Assembly (NCBI GenBank): GCA_039831155.1
Contig: JBDONT010000033.1
Coordinates: 1 to 50,502 of the forward strand
From: Nautiliaceae bacterium
GTDB lineage: Bacteria > Campylobacterota > Campylobacteria > Campylobacterales > Nautiliaceae
Reading direction: 5' to 3'
DNA length: 50,502 bases
In this document: positions 29,034 to 38,944 of the stretch, piece after piece
Layout of the letters: each line of letters opens with the position of its first letter
Numbering within the stretch: position 1 is the stretch's first letter
Notes under the pieces: model-generated
The model's input: only the letters and a program-made list of their open reading frames with translations
What the model was told of the DNA's origin: nothing
Database searches by the model: none
Program-made: the position numbers and the translations under genes

Positions 29034-29444
29034 ATGCTAACTCAAAAACTTACTAAAACTATAGAAGTTTTAGACCGGTTGATAGAACTAACCACAAAAG
29101 ATATCCAAAACATAAAACTAGCAAAACACGAAGAAGTATTTGCAAATATCCAAACAAAAGAGAAATTAGCTTATGAATTTTCAAAACTAAAATCTGAAGT
29201 CGACCAAATATTAGTAGCCAGAAATAAGCCTATAGAAGAGATTTTTTCGCCTCAAGAAGAAGAGCTTTTCAATATATTCAGAGAAAAACTGCTTCAGTTT
29301 CATAAACTGCATAAACATTTCTCAAAACTATCTTTAAGCGTAGCAAATTTTTATAACGCTCTCTTAAGCCAAATTAAACAATCCGACACTATAAATTATA
29401 AAAATGAATCTTTCATAGCTTCCAAACTTCAACTAAAGGCTTAA
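29034..29444 (+). CDS. flgN: Flagellar export chaperone FlgN
   Basis: Helical protein (LIELTTKDIQNIKLAKHE) between flgM and flgK. Confidence 0.75.
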   Translation: MLTQKLTKTIEVLDRLIELTTKDIQNIKLAKHEEVFANIQTKEKLAYEFSKLKSEVDQILVARNKPIEEIFSPQEEELFNIFREKLLQFHKLHKHFSKLSLSVANFYNALLSQIKQSDTINYKNESFIASKLQLKA

Positions 29445-29445
29445 A

Positions 29446-31608
29446 ATGGCTATTGCAACTTCTTTTTCAACCGCCCTAACCGGGCTAAAAACACACCAAA
29501 CTGCAATTGACGTAACATCAAATAACATTTCAAACTCTTCAAACCCGGACTACGTAAGAGAAAGAACGGTAATAACAACCCTAAATCCTATAAACTCAAT
29601 TCCGGGTGATATCGGAATGGGGGCGGAGGTCAGTTCTATTTACAGAATTACCGATACGTTTTTATTCAACAGATACACCTCAACCTCCTCAACATATAAT
29701 AATCTGGACACCCAAGAAAAATATCTTCAAGAAATAGCCACCTATTTTCCGGATGTAACGGACGATGGGCTATATAAAGACATAGAGGACTTTTTTAACG
29801 CCTGGAAAGACTTGGCTTCAAATCCGAATGACGATTCCGTAAAAGTCGCATTAGCCTCAAAAACATTATCCTTAACCGATAATATAAAAACCTTAAGAGG
29901 AAAATTAACAGATATTCAAAAAAGCATAAACGAAGAACTTGATACAAAAATAGACGAAGCAAACAACATAATCAAACAGATAGCCTCTCTAAATAAAGAG
30001 ATATCGGCACACGAAGCAAACGGAGAATCAAAAGCAAACGAACTAAGAGATAAAAGAGACGCTTTAGAAAAACGCTTAAAAGAACTTCTTGACGTAAAGG
30101 TATATAAAAACTCCACACAATCAATAGACGCCCAGGGAGTCCAAACCATAGGATATGACGAAGATTATCAAATAGCCCTGGGAGGTTATCCTTTAGTCGA
30201 TAATACATCCTATCACGAATTGAGCCTTAAATCTTTAGTCGGAAACAGTATGATTACCGTACAAAAACAGGATTTTTCAGAAGTCGATATTACAAAAGAT
30301 ATTCAAGGTGGTGAGATAGGGGCTTTACTTTCTCTAAGAGGTACGGAGTTTAGCGATGACGGGTCTCCTACAAACGGAGTGATAGGTGAAATGGTAACAT
30401 CTCTGGATGCCCTGGCAAACGGAATTATAAGAAGCGTTAACTCTTTATACTCTTATTCGGCTCAAGAAAACGTCGAAACAGACTCAATCTCAACTCCGGT
30501 CTCAATCCCAAACGATTTAACAAATAAATCCTTAGATTCTCTTTATAATACTTATCATCTGTTAAACTCCCCGGTAACCGATGGAAACTTGATTTTATAC
30601 TCATACGACGATAACGGAAACTTTGAAAACGAAATAAAAGTAAATATAAGCCCTTCCGATTCTATAAACGACGTATTGAACAAAATAAACGCAAACCTTC
30701 CAACAGGAGTTACCGCCACACTAGTAAACGGTCAGATAAAATTTGTAAACAGCAACAATAAAGAGTCTTCAAAAATACTTGTAAAAGACGACGGACCAAG
30801 ACTCTTTAGTGCCTTAAACGAAATAGAATATCTGCCTCTAAACTCCGTAAATCAAACCGACTTGCACCTTCCTTTAAAAGACGGGAGTTTTGATATCGTG
30901 GTTTATAATGATGACGGAGAAGCTATAGCCACAAGAACGATTAAAATAGATATGAACTCAAAAGACCCTAAATATTCGACTATAGAAGGAATATTAGCCC
31001 AAATAAACACCCCGAATATAGACGACAACAACGACAACAATCCAAACAACGACGTAGACGATTATTATCAGGCCGAATTTTTAAACGGAAAATTTATCTT
31101 ACATAAAAAAACCGACGAAAACACCTATATAGGTCTTGATAACGATACTTCGGATTTTGGCGGTTCGTTTGGAATAAACAAATTTTTAGACGGAAATAAT
31201 GCTAAAGATATAGATTTAAACGAAACGTTCAAAAACGACCCTACACTAATAAAAGCCAGTAAAACTCCGAATTCCGGAGATAATAGCGTTGCAAATAATA
31301 TCTTGCAACTTCAATTTGAGAACGTAAATTTCTATAAAAACAATCAAACGACCTCTACAACCATTTATTCATTCTACAGAGATACAACCTCTTATTTGGC
31401 AAACACCTCCGAAAACGTTAGTGCAAAAAAAGATACCGCCCAAACACTGCTTACCAATATACAAAACGAATATTACTCTCTAAGCGGAGTAAATATAGAC
31501 GAAGAACTTATAAATCTTGAAAAATATCAAAGAGGATATCAGGCAAACGCAAAAGTTATTACGACGATAAATCAAATGCTTGATGCTTTATTTAGCATCA
31601 AGCAATAG
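29446..31608 (+). CDS. flgK: Flagellar hook-associated protein 1
   Basis: TALTGL..HQ.AIDVTSNNISN...Y.RER; C-terminal SGVNIDEELINL.KYQRGYQANAKVITT. Confidence 0.97.
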   Translation: MAIATSFSTALTGLKTHQTAIDVTSNNISNSSNPDYVRERTVITTLNPINSIPGDIGMGAEVSSIYRITDTFLFNRYTSTSSTYNNLDTQEKYLQEIATYFPDVTDDGLYKDIEDFFNAWKDLASNPNDDSVKVALASKTLSLTDNIKTLRGKLTDIQKSINEELDTKIDEANNIIKQIASLNKEISAHEANGESKANELRDKRDALEKRLKELLDVKVYKNSTQSIDAQGVQTIGYDEDYQIALGGYPLVDNTSYHELSLKSLVGNSMITVQKQDFSEVDITKDIQGGEIGALLSLRGTEFSDDGSPTNGVIGEMVTSLDALANGIIRSVNSLYSYSAQENVETDSISTPVSIPNDLTNKSLDSLYNTYHLLNSPVTDGNLILYSYDDNGNFENEIKVNISPSDSINDVLNKINANLPTGVTATLVNGQIKFVNSNNKESSKILVKDDGPRLFSALNEIEYLPLNSVNQTDLHLPLKDGSFDIVVYNDDGEAIATRTIKIDMNSKDPKYSTIEGILAQINTPNIDDNNDNNPNNDVDDYYQAEFLNGKFILHKKTDENTYIGLDNDTSDFGGSFGINKFLDGNNAKDIDLNETFKNDPTLIKASKTPNSGDNSVANNILQLQFENVNFYKNNQTTSTTIYSFYRDTTSYLANTSENVSAKKDTAQTLLTNIQNEYYSLSGVNIDEELINLEKYQRGYQANAKVITTINQMLDALFSIKQ

Positions 31609-32242
31609 GGTCGTAATCCACCTGGATTAAATCCTCAAATAAATCCCAGCCAAAGTGCATTACGTCAATTTCAGTAATTTTTTCAAGATATTTCCCTCCG
31701 TCTTCTCTGACTATATAAAGTTCTCCTATCATTGTATCTTTCGGATAAAAATTACTTGCTACACACTCTAACTTTTTATCATTTGCCTCTACTATTTTAG
31801 GTAACATTAAATCGCAAAAAAAGTCATATATTTCACCTTCAACATCATCAATATCACAAGCACTGTAGCCTATTTTTAGTTCATCTATACTAGGATTTTC
31901 CTCATATTCAAAATACCCCTCTCCGTTTGCTTGAAGTAAAAACAGTAAACTTCCCTCTTCAAAATTTTCACTGATAAGTTCATCCACACTTTTATTAATA
32001 TACTCAACATCTTCAAAAGTGTAAGTTTCATCTTTTATTTCAATCTCTGCACCATCAGGGATAACACCTATTAACTCTTCGTTTAAACTGGCACTTTCCG
32101 CTTCTTTGCTGTCAATAAGACTTACTACGTTATCTTGCAAAGCTTCTAAATCTTTGGCATCTGCCAAATCATAATTTTCAATATCGATTAAAGAAGTCAA
32201 ATCATATACCTTAACTAAATTACTCTCTCCTCTTATTACCAT
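31598..32242 (-). CDS. Highly acidic hypothetical protein
   Basis: 214-aa ORF with AAGGAG SD and a minus-strand TGATATAAT at 32264-32272; no family recognised. Confidence 0.8.
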   Translation of the reverse strand: MVIRGESNLVKVYDLTSLIDIENYDLADAKDLEALQDNVVSLIDSKEAESASLNEELIGVIPDGAEIEIKDETYTFEDVEYINKSVDELISENFEEGSLLFLLQANGEGYFEYEENPSIDELKIGYSACDIDDVEGEIYDFFCDLMLPKIVEANDKKLECVASNFYPKDTMIGELYIVREDGGKYLEKITEIDVMHFGWDLFEDLIQVDYDPIA

Positions 32243-32298
32243 TTTAAACTCCTTTTTATTATAATTATATCAAAAATCTTTATACAAAAAGGCTCATT

Positions 32299-33015
32299 AT
32301 GGATATAAAAACAAAACTTGACAATCTCATAAAAAACAACATTTACGAAGTAAGCGAAGAAAAACCGGACCCCATACTAATAGCACACAAATATAAAGAC
32401 GAATACATAGCCTTAATAGCTGCTCTATTCGCATACGGAAACGTAAAAGCGATTTTAAAATTTCTAAATTCCCTTGATTTAAAAAACTTAAATTCAAACA
32501 ACGCCTACTACAGATTTCAAACTAAAAAAGACGTAGAAGTGTTTTTAAGCACAATCAAAAAAATGAAAAACTCCTACCCTCTTAACGAACTCTTTTTAAA
32601 AGGTTACACTCCTACGAAAAACCCTATAGACGGAATAAGAGAAATTATAAAAACAATCTATTCACTTTCAAACTACTCTTCAAAAGGTTACGAATTTTTA
32701 ATAGGTAAAATTCCTCCTAACAAAACAAAAGGAGTAAGCCCTTATAAAAGATGGAATATGTTTATAAGATGGATGGTAAGAGACGAATATCCGGATTTGG
32801 GATTATGGGAGGGAGTGGATAAAAAAGATTTAATAATACCTCTTGATACCCACACCCACAAAGTATCTTTAAACTTAGGACTTATCAAAAGAAAAACTTA
32901 CGACTTACACTCGGCAATAGAAATTACTCAAAAATTAAAAGAGTTTGACCCGAACGACCCTATTAAATACGACTTCGCACTGTATAGAATAGGTCAATTA
33001 AATATAAATTTTTAA
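32299..33015 (+). CDS. TIGR02757 / DUF2400 family protein
   Basis: DP, ALFAYGN, KRWNMFIRWMVR, DLGLW, PLDTH, DPIKYDFAL. Confidence 0.9.
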   Translation: MDIKTKLDNLIKNNIYEVSEEKPDPILIAHKYKDEYIALIAALFAYGNVKAILKFLNSLDLKNLNSNNAYYRFQTKKDVEVFLSTIKKMKNSYPLNELFLKGYTPTKNPIDGIREIIKTIYSLSNYSSKGYEFLIGKIPPNKTKGVSPYKRWNMFIRWMVRDEYPDLGLWEGVDKKDLIIPLDTHTHKVSLNLGLIKRKTYDLHSAIEITQKLKEFDPNDPIKYDFALYRIGQLNINF

Positions 33016-33084
33016 CAAAAAAAGCCCTCTTAACTATTAAATAACGGTTAATTTTGATACAATTACAACAAAAAAGGAATTTGT

Positions 33085-33768
33085 ATGGAAAATAGAATTT
33101 GGTTATTTTTCCAATTTTTAGGTCACGACCCTATGGTTCAGCTAGTAGTTCACACTATTTTAGCAGCTGTATTAGCGATTGTAGTAGCAAAACTTGCTAC
33201 AAAAAACCTTCAAATCGTACCGGAAGGTTGCCAAAACGTAATGGAAGCTACGATTTCAGGTATTTTATACATCGGAAAAGACGTAACAAACGAAGAAATT
33301 GCAAGAAAATATCTAACACTTACCGGGAGTTTAGCTATTTTTATTTTTATGGGTAACTTTATCGGAATTATTCCGGGTTTTGAATCCCCGACAGGAGACG
33401 TTAACTTAACTCTTACATTAGCTCTAATTGTATTTTTATACTATCACTTTGAAGGTATTAAAGCTCAAGGTTTAGGGCATTATATCGCTCACTTTGCAGG
33501 TCCGGTTAAATGGCTGGCACCTTTAATGTTACCAGTTGAAATTCTTTCTCACTTCTCAAGAATCATCTCACTTACCTTCAGGTTATTCGGTAACATCAAA
33601 GGGGACGACCTATTCTTAATCGTATTATTAATGTTGGCACCTTATGTATTCCCGTTAGCCGGATATGCACTTTTAACATTCTCTGCATTCTTACAAGCTT
33701 TTGTATTTATGGTACTTACTTACGTATACCTATACGGAGCGGTAACAAGCCAAGAAGAGGCTCTATAA
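33085..33768 (+). CDS. atpB: ATP synthase F0 subunit a
   Basis: N.IGIIPG, SLTFRLFGNI (essential Arg), LQAFVFMVLTYVYL; TGATACAAT promoter at 33055-33063. Confidence 0.97.
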   Translation: MENRIWLFFQFLGHDPMVQLVVHTILAAVLAIVVAKLATKNLQIVPEGCQNVMEATISGILYIGKDVTNEEIARKYLTLTGSLAIFIFMGNFIGIIPGFESPTGDVNLTLTLALIVFLYYHFEGIKAQGLGHYIAHFAGPVKWLAPLMLPVEILSHFSRIISLTFRLFGNIKGDDLFLIVLLMLAPYVFPLAGYALLTFSAFLQAFVFMVLTYVYLYGAVTSQEEAL

Positions 33769-33778
33769 GAGCCTTTTT
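33758..33778 (+). terminator. Intrinsic terminator overlapping the atpB stop
   Basis: AGGCTCT-ATA-AGAGCCT followed by TTTT. Confidence 0.7.
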
Positions 33779-34291
33779 ATGGTTACCTACTTTATAACAG
33801 ACCCTAAATACCCTCTTGAAAAGATTTTTGAAGCGATAAAAAAACACTCCCCTACATTCGTATGCTATAGAAACAAAGACTACTTTAACAAAAACGAAAT
33901 AATAGAATTTGCCAAATTCGCCTCTAATTATTCAACTCCTATTATAAATTTCGACTCTTTAAAGAATACCGACCTTTTAAAGTATTTCAAAGGCATTCAT
34001 TTTCCATCATCAAAACTACACTTAATAAACAACTTTCAAAACTTAATCACAATAGCCTCAACTCACTCAAAAGAAGAAGTCAAAAAAGCAAAAAACGCGG
34101 ACTTTATTACTTTCTCTCCGATTTTTGAATCTAAAAACAGAAAAGGTTTAGGAGTTGAAATATTAAACGAAATAAGCCTTTTACATAAAAACGTAATTGC
34201 CCTAGGAGGCATAATAAGCGATAAGGAAGTCAAAAAAATAAAAAATACAAAAGCCGTAGGCTTTGGAAGTATAAGATATTTTCTTACATAA
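33779..34291 (+). CDS. Thiamine phosphate synthase/TenI-like protein
   Basis: YFITD, YRNK, GIH, STHS.EE, ADFITFSPIF, IALGGI. Confidence 0.8.
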   Translation: MVTYFITDPKYPLEKIFEAIKKHSPTFVCYRNKDYFNKNEIIEFAKFASNYSTPIINFDSLKNTDLLKYFKGIHFPSSKLHLINNFQNLITIASTHSKEEVKKAKNADFITFSPIFESKNRKGLGVEILNEISLLHKNVIALGGIISDKEVKKIKNTKAVGFGSIRYFLT

Positions 34292-35111
34292 TGGTATGAA
34301 GTTTATTACCGTTTTTCATCCACTCTTTTAATTTTTCCCACTCTTCTTTTTCTATCATCTCTTTTGCTTTTTTAAGTTCTTCTTCAAAAGCCTCCACCGA
34401 CAATAGAAGATTTTTTTTATTCTCTTTAAAAATATCCCCCCACATATCGGGATTACTTTTGGCAAGTCTGCTCATATCTCTAAACCCACCGGCCGCAAGA
34501 GTTACGATACACTCTTTGTCTTCTTGTTTTAAAACCGAATTGGCAATAGAAAAAGAAACAATATGAGGCATATGAGATATAAAAGCGGCGTGTCTGTCGT
34601 GTTCTTTGGCATCCATATATTTAACTCTCATCTTAAGATAGCTAAATATATCGCAAGCCGTTTTTCTCTGGACTTCCCCACTCTCTTCTATATTACAAAC
34701 AACCATTATTTTATTTTCATATAAATCGGCAATAGCAGCCATAGGACCTGAGTATTCGGTCCCTGCCATAGGATGGGAAGCCACTAAATTTTTTCTTATG
34801 TTTTTAGGACACTCTTCAATAATACTCTCTTTGGTAGACCCGAAATCTATAACAGTAGCACTCTTTTTTATACCAAGAGCGGATAAACTTTTTAAAACGG
34901 AAATAATCCCTCTTATGGGAATGGCTAAAATAATTACGTCTGCTTGTTTTAAATCTTCAAAATTTCCTATCCTATCCACCAATCCTAAATTTAAAGCTTC
35001 ACTTGCGTGAGCTTGATTGTTATCTATTCCTACAATCTCATCAAAATAATCTCTAGTAGCAAGTCCGAAGCTACCTCCCATAAGCCCTAATCCTACAATC
35101 GCACAAGTCAT
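34284..35111 (-). CDS. tyrA: Prephenate dehydrogenase
   Basis: IVGLGLMGGS, DFGSTK, HPMAGTEYSG, HD..AAFISHMPH, GGFRDMSRLA. Confidence 0.95.
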   Translation of the reverse strand: MTCAIVGLGLMGGSFGLATRDYFDEIVGIDNNQAHASEALNLGLVDRIGNFEDLKQADVIILAIPIRGIISVLKSLSALGIKKSATVIDFGSTKESIIEECPKNIRKNLVASHPMAGTEYSGPMAAIADLYENKIMVVCNIEESGEVQRKTACDIFSYLKMRVKYMDAKEHDRHAAFISHMPHIVSFSIANSVLKQEDKECIVTLAAGGFRDMSRLAKSNPDMWGDIFKENKKNLLLSVEAFEEELKKAKEMIEKEEWEKLKEWMKNGNKLHTIM

Positions 35112-35190
35112 AACACCTCTTTTTTTAACATATTATACAATTTTTATAACCTTTAAATTAAATTTCTTCCAAAATCTTATAAGTTTATTT

Positions 35191-35199
35191 TGGTATAAT
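35191..35199 (+). promoter_or_regulatory. Extended -10 promoter (TGGTATAAT) for bamA
   Basis: TGnTATAAT 30 nt upstream of the ATG at 35229. Confidence 0.65.
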
Positions 35200-35228
35200 T
35201 GCCCTTATCTTTACAAACAAGGGGCCAT

Positions 35229-37400
35229 ATGAAAAAACTTTTATACCTTTTTCCCACACTGTTACTGGCAAATATAAACAACATAAAATATGAAGGATTA
35301 ATTCACATCTCTCCCGTAACGGCAAATACCATTATAAGCGTAAAAAAAGGAGATGAGTTTAACTTAAAAAAAATCGACGAAAGCATAAAATCACTCTATA
35401 AAACCGGTTATTTTCAACAGATAAAAGCAATAAAACAGAACAATACCTTAATTTTTAAATGCAAAGAAAAGCCTTCAATTTTTAAAGTGCAACTGTCAAA
35501 CTTCAGTGAAGATTTAAAAAAACTTTTAAAAGAAAACAGACTCTTACCTAAAAGAGGAGAAATCTATTCAAAAGAAAAAATAGATGCTCTTAAAAAATTC
35601 GTAAAATCGTATTACAGTTCAAAAGGATATTTTAATACAATAGTCAACGTAGAAAAAAAAGAGAAAAATAACTCCATTGTTTTAAAAATTTCCCTTAAAA
35701 AAGGGAAAAAACTTATCATAAAAGATGTAAATTTTTATGGGGCACATTTACCTAAAAGCGAACTTATAGACCAAATCGAAAACCAACCAAGAACCTTTTG
35801 GAGTGCTTTACCTTTTACAAACAGTGGAAAACTAAACCTTTACAAACTAATTCAAGACCAACAATCCCTTCAAAACTATTATTTAAATTTAGGTTATATG
35901 GATGTTTATGTATCCACTCCCCTTGCTTATTCCAATTTCGACAACTATACTGCAAAAATCAACTTTTCAATAAAAGAAGGGAAAAGATACATAATAAAAA
36001 AAGTATCTGTAAATTACCCAAAAAGCATAAAAGTAAAACTTCCTAAATTAAAACTAAAACCGAATAAATACTTTAACGTTTCAGCCCTTAGAAAAGATTT
36101 ACAAGATATCAAAAACGCTTTTGCAAACGAAGGTTACGCATACGCCAAAGTGTACCCTCAAATAAAAAAAGAAAAAAATCTGGCAATCGTTACTTACAAA
36201 GTAATCCCGGGAGAAATCGTATACATAAGAAACGTAATAATAAACGGAAACACCAAAACATTAGACAGAGTTATAAGAAGAAATATTTACCTAGCCCCCG
36301 GAGATAAATATTCGTACCAAAACCTGATAGATTCAAAAAACGCTCTTAGAAGAAGCGGTTATTTAGAAGACGTAAAAATAATAGAAAAAAAGGTAAGCAA
36401 CAACAAAATAGACTTACTGATAAACGTAAAAGAAGGGCTTAGCGGGTCATTAAGAGCCGGTATAAGCTACGGAAGTTACACTAAATTCGGCTTTAATTTT
36501 TCCATAAGCGAAAAAAACGTTTTCGGAAGCGGTCAAAGTATAAAAGCAAGTGCCGATTTCTCCAGTGTAAATAAAACCTACTCTTTATCATTATATAATC
36601 CTAGAGTTTTCGATTCTTCTTATTCTCTTAACACTTCGGTTTTCAATACGACTTTCGACGGTATTTCTTACACTTCCGAACAAAAAGGATTCACACTAGG
36701 AGTCGGAAAACAGTTAACAAGATTTACCAGAACGAATATTACCTACGGATATACGAAAACTTATCTTAGCGATTATTCAACAACAGAATACATTATGCCT
36801 AAAAGTACGAAAAGCTATATTTTAACATCCCTTTCATACAACAACACCAATTACTACTTTTTCCCTACAACCGGTCATAAAGCTTCTTTAATGCTTGAAT
36901 ACGCCGGAATCGGAGGAGATGAAAAGTATGTAAAAACAATCGCAAAATACAAATACTTTTATCCTATTTTAGACAAAACCTATAAAACCATAGCCGTTTT
37001 AAAATATAGAGTCATAGCCGGGGCAATCGCAAACAACGGATATCTGCCTATAAACGAAAAGTTCTATCTTGGAGGAATCAGAACTTTAAGAGGATTTAGC
37101 AGCTACTCCATCGCACCAAAAGACAGTGAAGGAAACTTAATAGGTGGTAAATACGAACTTATAACCGGTCCAGAAATTTCAACACCTATTAATTTTAAAA
37201 AAAGACTTTGGCTAAGTGCTTTTATAGACTATGGAGCCGTAGGAGAAAACGGACTTGATATTACAAGAAGCTCTTATGGTATTTCAATAGACTGGATAAC
37301 CCCTATGGGACCTTTGAGTTTCGTATGGGCATGGCCTATTAAATACTCTAAAGACGACGACTTGCAAAGATTCGAATTTTCAATAGGAGCTAGTTTCTAG
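35229..37400 (+). CDS. bamA: Outer membrane protein assembly factor
   Basis: Signal peptide from MKKLLY (35229), POTRA repeats, GNTKTLDRVIRR, LRGF loop, WITPMGPL, terminal FSIGASF. Confidence 0.96.
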   Translation: MKKLLYLFPTLLLANINNIKYEGLIHISPVTANTIISVKKGDEFNLKKIDESIKSLYKTGYFQQIKAIKQNNTLIFKCKEKPSIFKVQLSNFSEDLKKLLKENRLLPKRGEIYSKEKIDALKKFVKSYYSSKGYFNTIVNVEKKEKNNSIVLKISLKKGKKLIIKDVNFYGAHLPKSELIDQIENQPRTFWSALPFTNSGKLNLYKLIQDQQSLQNYYLNLGYMDVYVSTPLAYSNFDNYTAKINFSIKEGKRYIIKKVSVNYPKSIKVKLPKLKLKPNKYFNVSALRKDLQDIKNAFANEGYAYAKVYPQIKKEKNLAIVTYKVIPGEIVYIRNVIINGNTKTLDRVIRRNIYLAPGDKYSYQNLIDSKNALRRSGYLEDVKIIEKKVSNNKIDLLINVKEGLSGSLRAGISYGSYTKFGFNFSISEKNVFGSGQSIKASADFSSVNKTYSLSLYNPRVFDSSYSLNTSVFNTTFDGISYTSEQKGFTLGVGKQLTRFTRTNITYGYTKTYLSDYSTTEYIMPKSTKSYILTSLSYNNTNYYFFPTTGHKASLMLEYAGIGGDEKYVKTIAKYKYFYPILDKTYKTIAVLKYRVIAGAIANNGYLPINEKFYLGGIRTLRGFSSYSIAPKDSEGNLIGGKYELITGPEISTPINFKKRLWLSAFIDYGAVGENGLDITRSSYGISIDWITPMGPLSFVWAWPIKYSKDDDLQRFEFSIGASF

Positions 37401-38651
37401 CCCTACTGCATAACTTTTAAATCCGTTTATACTGTGATAGACTATTTTTGAATATTTTTTTGAATAAAACTTTATAAGCATTTCTTGCAAAGACGGCATA
37501 ATAGAGGGCATAAACCACGCATCGTTACTTAAAGCCACCACATAACTCGGTTTTAATTTATATAAATCCTCAACCGTAGCCTCATAACAAATAGCGTTAA
37601 TAAACTTATAATTTTTTATTTTAAAAATACCGAATTTTTTAGCACTCATATAATCGCTTCCTCCTCCGAAAAAAAGTTCGTTTATCTCTTTTTGAAAAAA
37701 AGGAAAAGGAATATACTCCCCAAAAGGCACTAAAACGTGCTTATCCAAAATAGTTACTTTTCCTTTTTCAAAAATATAAGTGGCATTATAGTATTTATGG
37801 TTTCTAAAATGCAAAGCCCCGGTTATTATCGTTATTTTAAAAGAGAGTTTTTTTAATTTTTTCATTAAATCTTCGTTTAAATTCAAAAACATAGCAAAAG
37901 CACTCTCCGGCAATATCACAACGTCTTTTTTTAATTCAATAGCCTTTTTTATAATCTTAAAATTGTTTTGAACCTCTTTTGGAATAAACCTCTTATCCCA
38001 CTTTTTATCTTGAGAAACATTCGTAGAAGCCAAATAAATATCAAGCTTTGGAGGTTTGGGATAGTGGTTTTTAAAAAAAAGAGCTCCTACTAAAAGCACT
38101 AAAGCAAAATATTTAAGCTCTTTATAAAAAGCCACCCCTAAAAAGACCGATAAAAGAGTAATTTTACTAACCCCGAAAATAGAATTTACAAACAGAATTT
38201 CCGGTTTAAACCAGTCGAAACTAAAAGGAGTGATATAATCAAATCCAAACGTAAAAAACAGTACCAAAAAAAACTTTCGAAATTTTTTAAACTTTAAAGA
38301 TATTTTATTAATTATCCAAAAGACTCCCCCGTAAAAAGAAGCTATTAAAACAACTATCAAAGGTATTAAAAAGTCAAGTCCGTAATATCTAAAACTAAGT
38401 CCTATCCACCAAAACCAAAAAAGACCTATCAAAAACCCACTCAAAAACCAGTTATGTTCTTTAAACAGATAAAAAAGTGCCGATAAAAGACTTACGCTAA
38501 AGAGTATTTTCCAATAAAAATTAATCCCTATTTCATACTTTAAAAGAAAAAAGTTAATATAAATAGGAAGTGCGAAAAAAATTGCCAGTTTTAACGAATT
38601 TGTGTTAAAATTCCTTTTAAAAAAGGACGAAAATGAATTTCTTATACGCAC
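37380..38651 (-). CDS. lnt: Apolipoprotein N-acyltransferase
   Basis: PF.FDWF, PESA, DKHVLVPFGEY, ICYE (E-K-C triad), SNDAWF. The start is uncertain; GTG at 38651 follows a GAGG SD. Confidence 0.9.
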   Translation of the reverse strand: MRIRNSFSSFFKRNFNTNSLKLAIFFALPIYINFFLLKYEIGINFYWKILFSVSLLSALFYLFKEHNWFLSGFLIGLFWFWWIGLSFRYYGLDFLIPLIVVLIASFYGGVFWIINKISLKFKKFRKFFLVLFFTFGFDYITPFSFDWFKPEILFVNSIFGVSKITLLSVFLGVAFYKELKYFALVLLVGALFFKNHYPKPPKLDIYLASTNVSQDKKWDKRFIPKEVQNNFKIIKKAIELKKDVVILPESAFAMFLNLNEDLMKKLKKLSFKITIITGALHFRNHKYYNATYIFEKGKVTILDKHVLVPFGEYIPFPFFQKEINELFFGGGSDYMSAKKFGIFKIKNYKFINAICYEATVEDLYKLKPSYVVALSNDAWFMPSIMPSLQEMLIKFYSKKYSKIVYHSINGFKSYAVGLETSSY

Positions 38652-38944
38652 AAGCACCTCAACAGGCTGCACAACCATCACTTTTGGCATCTTTACTTCC
38701 TCTTATTATTTTGTTTGGTATTTTTTATTTACTTGTAATTTTACCACAACAAAAACAAGCCAAAAAACACAAAGAAATGGTAGAAAGTTTAAAAAAAGGT
38801 GACAAAATCTTAACAACCGGCGGAATTATCGCAGAAGTTGTTAAAAACGAACCGGGATTTTTAAAAGTAAAAATCAACGACAACGTAGAAGTAAAATTAG
38901 ATAAAAGTGCGGTAGCTAGAAAGCTAGACGATGAAAAAGCTTAA
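38633..38944 (+). CDS. yajC: Preprotein translocase subunit YajC
   Basis: FYLLVILPQQKQAKKHKEMVESLKKGDKILTTGGI. Confidence 0.96.
   Translation: MNFLYAQAPQQAAQPSLLASLLPLIILFGIFYLLVILPQQKQAKKHKEMVESLKKGDKILTTGGIIAEVVKNEPGFLKVKINDNVEVKLDKSAVARKLDDEKA

Noticed and set aside
31021-31062. GAC/AAC-rich short repeat
   Set aside because: Imperfect in-frame low-complexity coding for the FlgK Asp/Asn loop, not a VNTR or CRISPR.
33085-33768. atpB separated from the other atp genes; short FlgJ lacking a muramidase
   Set aside because: Both are normal for Campylobacterota.
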